Shown here piece by piece: positions 41,562-50,454 of a stretch of DNA of 64,000 nucleotides. Location of the stretch: positions 1-64,000 of the IMG/VR virus record IMGVR_UViG_3300028048_000079; one strand, written 5' to 3'. The notes under the pieces are model-generated. The model ran no database searches. It had not been told where the DNA came from and saw only the letters and a list, made by a program, of their open reading frames with translations. Source of the stretch: a virus. Taxonomy: Duplodnaviria > Caudoviricetes. The first letter of the stretch is position 1; the number at the start of each line of letters is the position of its first letter. Position numbers and translations under genes: made by a program.

Positions 41562-44180
41562 AATCACGTGGCAACCTTCTGCTACATAACTAGTGCCTTC
41601 TCCTTCAGGATTGTTACTTGGGTCAAAGTCATAGAATTTTGGTCCGCTTGTTGTACTTGCACTACTTACAATAATATTGGCAGTACCTGCTTGGAAATTA
41701 GCATCTTTACAGTTAAGCAAGTATCTCTTGTCCTCACTACTGTTTCTGAATGTACCACCTGTGATGTTGATAGTACCTGTCTCACAGTAGATTAACTCAG
41801 GTGCATCACCATTACCTATGAAATTACCGCTTTGAATGTTGGCAGTTGCACTTGTGCTTGCTACCCAAAGGATTTTACCATTGCCATTGTTTACAATCTT
41901 GCTGTTTGTACCAGAACCCTTGATAGTGACAGTTTGTGAACCTCTTGCAAGAATACTTGCGAAATCACCGGTTGTATCAACTTCCAATGTGTGTTCATTA
42001 AGATTCAATGTTACATCATTCTTTGCCATCATACCAGGGCCAAATCTTCCTGTTTCAACGTCCTCGCTAAGTTTAACAGTACCGTTGTTATTCATAAGGG
42101 TGTTAAATGATTTCCCTTCACCAGGTAAATCATATGTTACTGCACCACCCATATCACCGACAATCTGTTTTAATGAATAAACTTCACTTTTCAATGATGC
42201 AATAGTAGCATCCTTCTCAGCAAGTTCATTGCCAATCTGTGTGTTAAGGTCTGATATGTTACCCTTTACGGCAATCTCATTGTATGGGTCAAGTGGAGTG
42301 CTTGCACCTACACCATAGTATGCGCCGTTTGGATTAACGTTAATACGTGTACCCTCGTTAGTGGCTTTGTTCTTTGAATAAATCTGAACACAGATACCAT
42401 TAGCATCACCATCATTTGTACCTACATAAGAGATTACATTTGCTGTGCTGTTATAGTATTGTGAGCCGCCGCCATCACTCTCATTAAAGATAAGTGCATA
42501 AGAACCGTTCTGCCCGGTAATTTTGCCCACAACAAATTTATTGTTGGTTTCAGCCTTTGTATAGTAGTTCTCAGGATTGAAAATGTCTGTCAACGGGATT
42601 GTAATATCTTCTTTGCCTGAATCAGAATTGAATGTGATAACAAGATTTCCATTCTCAATTTTCACCTCTGATACCATACCGTCCTTAATAAAGTCTGTTG
42701 CGTCAATTGAAGCCAAAACAGTGTCGCCATTCTTCAACTCAATAGCCTTGGTCTGTGAATTGTAGTCACCACTTGTAACATAAGATGACAAGTCCTGATG
42801 TTCTTTCAAGAAACCTTGTTCATTCACCCATGCCTCAGTTGCATAGCCTTCAAGACTTTGATGCTCAGTAAGATAATTTGCATCGTTCTCTAACTCAGAA
42901 ACCTTAGTTGGAATATCACTTTCCTTTGCCAATCCATCAACAGCAAGTGCAATATCGCCCTTAACTGCAAGTTCCTCTTCAGGCATCATAGTAGCAGAGC
43001 CGCCAACGCCGTAGAAAATACCATTAGGATTAACGTTCAAACGAGAACCTACATTATTGCTTACGTTCTTAGAATAAATCTGTGCACAAACGCCATCAGG
43101 CCCATCAGCATTAACGCCGACAAAAGTCTTAATACCGGCAATCTTGTTTTCAAACAATGCGCCACCACCATCTGACTCGTTCCACAACATTGCAACACTA
43201 TTATCGGCATTAGTGTACTTAGTCTGGAACCATCCATGTTCTACATCGTTTGGTTTAGACCAAATCTTCGAGAATACAGCATTTTTAACTGCATTATCGC
43301 CATCTTCTCTTTCAGCCTTAGTAGCAAACAATGTATCTGTTTCAGCCTTAGTATAATAGTTGGCAGGATTGAAAATTTCAGTCAAAGGGATTGAAATTGG
43401 TTCTTTACCAGAATCTGTATTGAATGTAATAACCAAATTACCATTCTCAACAACAACATTACTAACCATACCATCCTTGATAAAAGGAGTTGCATCAATT
43501 GTTGCAAGCACAGTATCATCGTGTTTGAACTCCATTTCCTTTGAAGTAGAATTGTAATCAACACCGTTGATATATGCTGAAAGGTCTTGGTGCTCAGTCA
43601 GATAACCTGCATCGTTATTGAAATCTGATACATTTTCCGGTTTGTTACTTAAGTCGTTATAACTTCCACTTGTTGCAACAGCAGCCAAATCAGCTGAATT
43701 AGCCTTTAACTCAAGTTCCTCCTTTGTTGCATAGTCTTCCAAAGACTGATGTTCGGTTAAGAATTTGGCATCAGCCTCATCTTTGGTATATACATCTGCC
43801 GACTTTGCATAAACTGAAAGAGCATCTTCTGTAACGAAATTAGCATCATTGTCCAACTCAGAAACCTTTGTAGGAACAGTAGGGATTTCGTCTTTTGTGG
43901 CGAATGTTGCCTTATCTTCCTCGTATGTTTCAGTATCAAGTTTCTTTGCTATTTCTGCGGCCAATTTTGCTTCGATTGATTCACTATTTTCTGCAATTTC
44001 ACCAAGTGTGTCCAATGCAGCAGGAGCACCATTGACAAGTTTATCTACAGCAGTCTGAATTGCTGTATTCATTTCTTTTTCGTCTACACCTCCAAAGTCA
44101 GGTGGGTTTATCATACCAGTACCACTATCCCCTGAATAGTCGTAAGCCCAAGGATTAATGTAATCTTTCTTATTATCCAT
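41499..44180 (-). CDS. Fibre/adhesin-like virion protein with LTEHQ repeats, a duplicated module and C-terminal beta-helix-like region
   Basis: AP.ALDTL.EIA, PTKVSELxND..LTEHQ repeats, I.GG.F repeats; late motif 44203-44209. Confidence 0.7.
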   Translation of the reverse strand: MDNKKDYINPWAYDYSGDSGTGMINPPDFGGVDEKEMNTAIQTAVDKLVNGAPAALDTLGEIAENSESIEAKLAAEIAKKLDTETYEEDKATFATKDEIPTVPTKVSELDNDANFVTEDALSVYAKSADVYTKDEADAKFLTEHQSLEDYATKEELELKANSADLAAVATSGSYNDLSNKPENVSDFNNDAGYLTEHQDLSAYINGVDYNSTSKEMEFKHDDTVLATIDATPFIKDGMVSNVVVENGNLVITFNTDSGKEPISIPLTEIFNPANYYTKAETDTLFATKAEREDGDNAVKNAVFSKIWSKPNDVEHGWFQTKYTNADNSVAMLWNESDGGGALFENKIAGIKTFVGVNADGPDGVCAQIYSKNVSNNVGSRLNVNPNGIFYGVGGSATMMPEEELAVKGDIALAVDGLAKESDIPTKVSELENDANYLTEHQSLEGYATEAWVNEQGFLKEHQDLSSYVTSGDYNSQTKAIELKNGDTVLASIDATDFIKDGMVSEVKIENGNLVITFNSDSGKEDITIPLTDIFNPENYYTKAETNNKFVVGKITGQNGSYALIFNESDGGGSQYYNSTANVISYVGTNDGDANGICVQIYSKNKATNEGTRINVNPNGAYYGVGASTPLDPYNEIAVKGNISDLNTQIGNELAEKDATIASLKSEVYSLKQIVGDMGGAVTYDLPGEGKSFNTLMNNNGTVKLSEDVETGRFGPGMMAKNDVTLNLNEHTLEVDTTGDFASILARGSQTVTIKGSGTNSKIVNNGNGKILWVASTSATANIQSGNFIGNGDAPELIYCETGTINITGGTFRNSSEDKRYLLNCKDANFQAGTANIIVSSASTTSGPKFYDFDPSNNPEGEGTSYVAEGCHVISSVVTEDGVNYTVYTVVKDA

Positions 44181-44255
44181 TTTTATAAAACGTTTATTTA
44201 CAATAAATAGATAAGCACAAACAAAAAAAGACAGCGAAAAACGCTGCCCTTGTAA

Positions 44256-44666
44256 CTATCTTCTACCAAAACGATGGCCACCACTTGGTCTTTGGCCACC
44301 CCCTATATTTGGCCTTTGAATTTGTTGGCGATTGCCAAAATTGTGCGGCCTTGCTGAAGGTGGCCTGTGAATGGCTGTTCTGGGTCTATGGTGAGATGGC
44401 TGAAAGCGATGCCTTGGCGAAGGCAATGGGCGATGATACCTATGGTAATATGTTCTACCATTCAACACATATGGATAATAATAGAAATTATTATAATTGT
44501 AATAAACCAAAACACCATTATAAAAATAAGGTGTGCCGTATGTTATTATCATTTTAGTGTCATCGTTTCCTATTTCAATCTCTTGGGCATATGCGACTGT
44601 TACACAAGAACTTAGTGTAAATAATGTAACAATACCGATAATCAATGTTAAATTAATCTTCCTCAT
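44256..44666 (-). CDS. Lipoprotein with Tyr- and Arg/His/Pro-rich tail
   Basis: Signal peptide with lipobox LSSC; host-type promoter TACTTTTG at 44696-44703 (-). Confidence 0.7.
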   Translation of the reverse strand: MRKINLTLIIGIVTLFTLSSCVTVAYAQEIEIGNDDTKMIITYGTPYFYNGVLVYYNYNNFYYYPYVLNGRTYYHRYHRPLPSPRHRFQPSHHRPRTAIHRPPSARPHNFGNRQQIQRPNIGGGQRPSGGHRFGRR

Positions 44667-44829
44667 TTTCTTACTATTTTTGTTAATAACTATTGCAAAA
44701 GTACTACAAAAAATGATATTTACAAGCCCAAAAGTATGATTTAGGGTTTTCCTCTTTAAACTTTAGGAATTTCCCTAAAACAATAGGGAAAAGCAAAAAT
44801 GGCTTCCTTGGTTGGAAGCCTTTTCAATT

Positions 44830-44975
44830 TTGCCTAATTCTTTTAAAACCTTTTTAGATATCGTTCGGTTGATGATATTTTATAGCCACATCCACCATTC
44901 CAAAAACGTATCATATGCTCTTTTGACATACTCTCGTCCCATAAAGGTAGTGTGCTTTCTTGTTTTTTTTTCGTA
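44830..44975 (-). pseudogene. Possible relic of a lytic transglycosylase-like gene C-terminus
   Basis: Minus-strand translation SKEHMIRFWNGGCGYKISSTERYLK, continuing as KVLKEL after a 1-nt shift; no intact ORF. Confidence 0.35.
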
Positions 44976-44978
44976 ACG

Positions 44979-45356
44979 TCACGTTATAAAGTTGACGGAT
45001 AGCAATCCATTCTTTGTCAGTCTTCCAGAATACCAATCCTTGATAATCTGTTTAAGGAATTTCTTCCTATCTTCATCATCTGTTATGATTGCATGGAATT
45101 TATCATCAAGCAATAACAGAAATTCTTTCAATGACATTGTTTTTAACGGTTGCCCATTACTAAGCATATTCACCATTTTGTCCTTTATAGGATAACCATT
45201 AGCATCTATGTCATCTATCTGAACCGGTGCAAAATTCTTATCAAGATAATTCTTCACCAAGAGCACCTTTTCTGTGCTTGGAGAAAATGCTTCAGTAAGA
45301 ATATCACCAATAATCTCACGTTCAGTTTCTTCGTTTATTAATATCTTTTTTGCCAT
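44979..45356 (-). CDS. Candidate internal head protein
   Basis: MAKKILINEE...ILTE leader; late motif 45371-45377 and host-type promoter 45398-45428. Confidence 0.65.
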   Translation of the reverse strand: MAKKILINEETEREIIGDILTEAFSPSTEKVLLVKNYLDKNFAPVQIDDIDANGYPIKDKMVNMLSNGQPLKTMSLKEFLLLLDDKFHAIITDDEDRKKFLKQIIKDWYSGRLTKNGLLSVNFIT

Positions 45357-45415
45357 ACTGCACATATATTATAAATATCTTTACAACGAAATCAGTGCAA
45401 AGATACTATTTTTAT

Positions 45416-47842
45416 TTATTTTTCCAAATTTCCAAGACCAATATTTTCTACCTCAAATACAAATCCTTCACTTGGCTGTTTGTCTATTATATAATCTGTT
45501 ATTTTATCCTCAAATTCATGTTGTATTGCATGTAATACAGGTCTTGCACCGTAATCAGATTTTTCTTTTACCTTATCAAATATATAGTTAATTGTGGCAT
45601 CTGCATCGAAACTTTCTCCTAAAACATAATTTAATGAATTAACTTTCTTTCGGAATTTACCTATTTCCAGTTTGATTATTTCTTTGATGTTTTCTTCAGT
45701 AAGTTTATTGAAATAAATGATACTGTCTATACGATTAATAAACTCAGGTCTGAATTTATTCTTCATTGCCTTGTTAATTGCATCTCTATTGTTAGCATCA
45801 TTATTTTGTACAAATCCGATACCCTTTCCTCTATTACTGATTTCTTTTGCACCAACATTTGATGTCATGATGACAATAACATTGGAAAAATCTACAATAT
45901 TTCCCATGTTATCTGTGAGTCTACCTTCATCAAACAATTGTAAGAATACATTATGCACATCATCGTCTGCTTTTTCCATTTCATCAAGAAGTAATACACA
46001 GTGATTGTTCTTCTTGATAGCCTCAGTCAGAATACCACCCTTATCATAGCCAATATAGCCGGGAGATGAACCTGTTAATTTACTGACAGTCATCTTGTCT
46101 GAATATTCACTCATATCAAGTCTTACCATAGATTTTTCATCACCAAATACTTCCTCGGCAAGTTTCTTTGCCAAATAAGTTTTGCCACTTCCTGTAGTTC
46201 CGCTAAAAAACAGTACAGCAGGACGGTTATTATTGGCAATACCAATTCTTTGTCTTTTTACTACACGGCAAACCTCATCTACGGCTTCCTCTTGGCCGAT
46301 AACCAAAGATTTCAACTTTGAATTAAGCATTTTCAACTTGTCACGTTCATTCTCATTGAGTTTCGTAACAGGTATGTTAGTTTTAACTGAAATCAATTCC
46401 CTAACATCATCCTCATCAACCACAATAGGTTTATTGTTAAGCATTAGGTCTTTTTCAATCAATTGAATTTGTGACTTTAATTCAATTTCCCTTGATTTAA
46501 GTTTATCATATACATTTGTATATTGTTTTTCACTTGAACTATTAAGCCCTTTAAGTTTTTCTGTTACATCATGCAAGTCCTTCTTGTATTCAGTAATACG
46601 TGGGTCTTCAGCCTTTGAAATGCCTTTCTTTGCACCGAGTTCATCAATAATATCAATAGCATAATCAGGAAGATTTGCCGTTTTTACATATTGTTTGGTA
46701 AGTTTCACACAGGTTTCAATTGCAGCGTCGGTAAATTCAACATTGTGATACTTCTCATATTTAACCTTGCACAACTTCATAATCTCAATGATTTCCTCAT
46801 CAGTCTTCTCTTTCAGTTCAACCTTTTGGAAACGTCTTTTCATGGACGGTCTTCCAAGTATATAGGTATTATATGACTTCTTATCCATTGTGCATATGAA
46901 TTTGATGTTACGTTCCATCAATATCATATCCAACATATTTTCGGTATTAACCTCGCCAAATTTACTGCTTTCAGATAAAATGGACTGAAGGTCATCCACG
47001 AAGAAAATATATCCGTCTTTTTTCACTGCATCAGCAACTATTGCATTGAATTTTGCCTCAAAATTTCCCCTTAATGCGGCACCGGAAACCAATGCCATAA
47101 AATCCATCTTCATCAGTTTCTTATTTTTGAAAGCATCGGGCACTTTTTCGTTAATAATCAGATTGGCAATATGTGCAACTGTTGCTGTTTTTCCAATTCC
47201 GGAATCCCCAACAACCACAACATTGTTACGGTCACGTTTTGATAATATATTAAAAATAGTATTGATTGCTTCATCATTGCCGATAACCTCATCAATTTTA
47301 CCATTTGCTGCCAAATCATTCATATTAATAAGTAAGTCCTCTACTGGCCCCTTTAATATTTGTGGCTGTTGCATACGATTTTTCTTTGATTTACCTATTT
47401 TGGCATCTGATGGAAGTACCGCATCCAAATTAGTAAGCAACTGTTCATATGTTATACCAATTTGTTTGAACTGTTTGGCGATGTTTTCATTTAACTTCAA
47501 AATAGACATCAGCACATGGGCTGATGCAAGTCTTGTAACATTAAACTCTTTGGCTGCACTTTCAATAGCCTTATCATATATTGAGTCATGCTCCACCTTA
47601 TCGATGGTTTTTGGTGCATCTGTCTTTGAAAGAACCTGTACAAACCATTCCTGCATAGATGTGAGCGTACTTGTCAATGTTGCCTTTGAAAGCAATTGAT
47701 AAGCAGATGAATCTTCATTTTCAAGTACAGAGAGAAAAAAATACTCAATAACAATCTTATTTGTTGGATATTTCTTTACTAAGTTATTTTCAATATATTG
47801 AAATATGTTAACCGCTTCGTTTGTAAAATTGGCTTTAAACAT
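45416..47842 (-). CDS. ClpA/ClpC-type two-ring AAA+ ATPase
   Basis: GDSGIGKT, RRFQ, LPD.AID..DE, GQEEAV, GTTGSGKT, RLDMSEY, GYIGY, LLDE.EKA, GRLTD, GIGF, PEFINRID, GARP. Confidence 0.93.
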   Translation of the reverse strand: MFKANFTNEAVNIFQYIENNLVKKYPTNKIVIEYFFLSVLENEDSSAYQLLSKATLTSTLTSMQEWFVQVLSKTDAPKTIDKVEHDSIYDKAIESAAKEFNVTRLASAHVLMSILKLNENIAKQFKQIGITYEQLLTNLDAVLPSDAKIGKSKKNRMQQPQILKGPVEDLLINMNDLAANGKIDEVIGNDEAINTIFNILSKRDRNNVVVVGDSGIGKTATVAHIANLIINEKVPDAFKNKKLMKMDFMALVSGAALRGNFEAKFNAIVADAVKKDGYIFFVDDLQSILSESSKFGEVNTENMLDMILMERNIKFICTMDKKSYNTYILGRPSMKRRFQKVELKEKTDEEIIEIMKLCKVKYEKYHNVEFTDAAIETCVKLTKQYVKTANLPDYAIDIIDELGAKKGISKAEDPRITEYKKDLHDVTEKLKGLNSSSEKQYTNVYDKLKSREIELKSQIQLIEKDLMLNNKPIVVDEDDVRELISVKTNIPVTKLNENERDKLKMLNSKLKSLVIGQEEAVDEVCRVVKRQRIGIANNNRPAVLFFSGTTGSGKTYLAKKLAEEVFGDEKSMVRLDMSEYSDKMTVSKLTGSSPGYIGYDKGGILTEAIKKNNHCVLLLDEMEKADDDVHNVFLQLFDEGRLTDNMGNIVDFSNVIVIMTSNVGAKEISNRGKGIGFVQNNDANNRDAINKAMKNKFRPEFINRIDSIIYFNKLTEENIKEIIKLEIGKFRKKVNSLNYVLGESFDADATINYIFDKVKEKSDYGARPVLHAIQHEFEDKITDYIIDKQPSEGFVFEVENIGLGNLEK

Positions 47843-47902
47843 CAGTAATTTTCAAAATTTATTATGAATATAATAGTCTTTTACATTTTTTTCAATGATA
47901 TA

Positions 47903-47936
47903 TTTGGCTATTTCATGCAAAAATAGTATCTTTGCA
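47903..47936 (+). promoter_or_regulatory. Bacteroidota sigma-A-type promoter
   Basis: TTTG-N20-TATCTTTG driving the KTSC / ARH-ThyX / helicase operon. Confidence 0.75.
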
Positions 47937-47959
47937 CCGTAAAAATAAAACAAAAACAT

Positions 47960-48481
47960 ATGGCAATAGTTTATAATAAGTACGTTAACAACAGAGACCA
48001 CACGTGGTATGATAGCAGCAATGTGCTGTACAGTGTCTGTTATGACACTAATGCAGAGAAGAAATCTCTAAAGGTTGTCTTTAAACAAGGCAGAACATAC
48101 CTTTATAAGGACGTAGATGTAAAGGATTATCTGTTATTCAGAAATGCAGAGTCTCATGGCAAATCAGTAAATGAGTTTATTGTCAAGAAATATAAGGGTG
48201 TCAGACTTTCTGATACATCACAAGAGGCTCTTGACGAACTCAAAGAGGAATTTATCAATGAAAACAAAGTTACTGAGGAAGCATTCACAAATCTTGCATA
48301 TCATTTAGAGATTAATAGTGAAACAAAAGAGTTCCGTCTTAAACTGAATGATAAAACAATTTACGAAGGAGTTGAGAACCAAGTATCAATTACAAGGTTG
48401 CTTAAATCAATGAATATTAACTATTCCTATTCAGAAATGGAAGGAAAAATAACAACAGAAGAGGATTTCGAAAATGAGTAA
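47960..48481 (+). CDS. KTSC-domain protein
   Basis: DSSNV...YD....L.V.FKQG..Y.Y.DV....Y..F..AESHGK..N..I. Confidence 0.8.
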   Translation: MAIVYNKYVNNRDHTWYDSSNVLYSVCYDTNAEKKSLKVVFKQGRTYLYKDVDVKDYLLFRNAESHGKSVNEFIVKKYKGVRLSDTSQEALDELKEEFINENKVTEEAFTNLAYHLEINSETKEFRLKLNDKTIYEGVENQVSITRLLKSMNINYSYSEMEGKITTEEDFENE

Positions 48482-49838
48482 ATTAATTTTAGGTGCTATC
48501 GGTGGTGACATGATTGGTCGCCCTTATGAGTTTCACCCTATTAAAACAACGGAGTTCCCATTGTTCATAAACAATTCTAATTTTACTGATGATACAGTAA
48601 TGACTGTGGCTAATATGGCTTGGCTATTGGACTATGAGAAAAATGACCTTGTTGATATTATGCATTATTTGGGAAATATCTATTCCGATGTTGGATATGG
48701 ACAATGGTTTCACAAATGGCTTATTGCACGTAACAGATTACCATTTTTTTCATATGGAAATGGTTCGGCAATGCGCTGTAGCCCTGTTGGGTGGATGTTT
48801 GATACAATTGAAGAAACATTAGATTATGCCAAAAAGAGTGCGGAGGTAACTCATAATCACCCAGAAGGTATTAAAGGTGCACAAGCAGTAGCATCGGCAA
48901 TATTCTTTGCCCGTCAAAACAAAAGCAAGGAGTTTATTAAAGAATATATAACAAAGAATTTCGGTTATAATCTTGATAGGACAACTGACGAAATAAGACC
49001 AACTTATAAGTTTGATGTTACTTGCCAAGGTTCAGTTCCTGAAGCAATTATCTGTTTCCTTGAAGGTGATGACTATGAGTCAACCGTAAGGCTTGCAGTT
49101 TCACTCGGCGGTGATGCTGATACACAAGGTGCAATTGCTGGGTCAATAGCAGAAGCTTATTATGGTATACCTGAAAAAATACAGAAAGAAATTATTAAAC
49201 GTCTGCCAAAAATGCTTCTAAAAACAGTTGAAGCGTTCTCAGAAAATGCATTTAATCAGAACAATCAACTTTCTGTAACAGTCACACAGGAAACATCTTG
49301 GAAACGTGCATTAAATGCAGCAAGACGTACAATTGGTAAAGAGCCTATTGACAAAGAGCCGTCAGATACTTGGAAAGCGAAAGTATTACTTGCAGAACAT
49401 TCTCCTATTAAATTAGTTGAATATCTTATTTTATTTAAAAGCCTAAGACAATGGGTTGGTGTCCATTTACTAAGACATGAGCATACCCTACCTTTCATTC
49501 ATTCCCAACGTGAAGATAGAAGAAAACTTAATTGTTCAAGGGATGAATTGCCACAAGGCACTCCAAATGACCAAGACTTTGTAGTAAATGCACAAACCTT
49601 AAAGAACATATCTCGTAAGAGGCTATGCACATGTGCTTCAAAGGAAACAAGAGAAGCATGGCAGATGGTTAAGGATAAAATTAGGGAGTTTGACCCTGTA
49701 ATGGCAGATAAGATGGTAAGAAACTGTGTTTACTGTGGTTTTTGCCCGGAACTTAAATGCTGTGGATATGTTAATACTGAAAACTACCAAATAGAACTTG
49801 AAAAATATCGTAAAACTGATTATGACGAAAAAACATAA
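48474..49838 (+). CDS. ADP-ribosylglycohydrolase (DraG/ARH) fused to a ThyX-like domain
   Basis: N-terminal GAIGGD..G.PYEF, FTDDT, SYGNGSAMR, THNHPEG, GGDADT; C-terminal LLAEHSP, RHE-X7-S, RKRLC, NC.Y.G.CPE...CG. Confidence 0.85.
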   Translation: MSKLILGAIGGDMIGRPYEFHPIKTTEFPLFINNSNFTDDTVMTVANMAWLLDYEKNDLVDIMHYLGNIYSDVGYGQWFHKWLIARNRLPFFSYGNGSAMRCSPVGWMFDTIEETLDYAKKSAEVTHNHPEGIKGAQAVASAIFFARQNKSKEFIKEYITKNFGYNLDRTTDEIRPTYKFDVTCQGSVPEAIICFLEGDDYESTVRLAVSLGGDADTQGAIAGSIAEAYYGIPEKIQKEIIKRLPKMLLKTVEAFSENAFNQNNQLSVTVTQETSWKRALNAARRTIGKEPIDKEPSDTWKAKVLLAEHSPIKLVEYLILFKSLRQWVGVHLLRHEHTLPFIHSQREDRRKLNCSRDELPQGTPNDQDFVVNAQTLKNISRKRLCTCASKETREAWQMVKDKIREFDPVMADKMVRNCVYCGFCPELKCCGYVNTENYQIELEKYRKTDYDEKT

Positions 49839-50454
49839 ATGTTCCAAATGTGGTAAAATGGCTACTTGGTACTACTTACCTTCAACACGTGGACGGTCAT
49901 TCTTCTGTGATGACTGTGTTCCACGTGGTTGCACTTGCAATATTGATAATATTGAAGAAATGCCGAGCATATTCAATATGGAAAATGTAAGGTGGTGGCC
50001 AAAACATATTCTTGAAAAGTGCTTGGCTGAAAAGGGAGACCCAATGTTATGTTGTACCAATGAACGTCAAGCAGACTCTTTTTACTATGAGGTTCTTGAC
50101 GAATTAAATAGAAGAGAACCATGTGTAGAATTTGAGTATTCAGAAAGCGGCTTTGAATTTGAAAGCAATTTCTATGTTGTCGACAGAGCAGATGTTCTAG
50201 AAGTATTTGCCAAAGTGATATATCATCACCCTCAAGTAACTCAAAAAATGATAGGGAAGATGGATGAAGTTATAATGTCTTATCGTGATATACACATCAT
50301 ACCATACAATGAGTTTATGACTAAAATATCTGAATGTTGTAGACCATACATTATGAGAACAATGTTAGAAAGTGATAAAATAAATCTGAGATGCTACAAC
50401 TCATTCAGAAGCCAACTATACGAAAAGAAATTTAATATCTTATCAGAAGAATAA
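49822..50454 (+). CDS. Cys-rich Zn-binding hypothetical protein
   Basis: CSKCGK.ATW.Y.P...CDDCVPRGCTCN. Confidence 0.7.
   Translation: MTKKHKCSKCGKMATWYYLPSTRGRSFFCDDCVPRGCTCNIDNIEEMPSIFNMENVRWWPKHILEKCLAEKGDPMLCCTNERQADSFYYEVLDELNRREPCVEFEYSESGFEFESNFYVVDRADVLEVFAKVIYHHPQVTQKMIGKMDEVIMSYRDIHIIPYNEFMTKISECCRPYIMRTMLESDKINLRCYNSFRSQLYEKKFNILSEE

Noticed and set aside
47046-47699. 217-aa plus-strand ORF and the many other short antisense ORFs in the track
   Set aside because: They lie opposite well-supported genes and have no motifs or promoters
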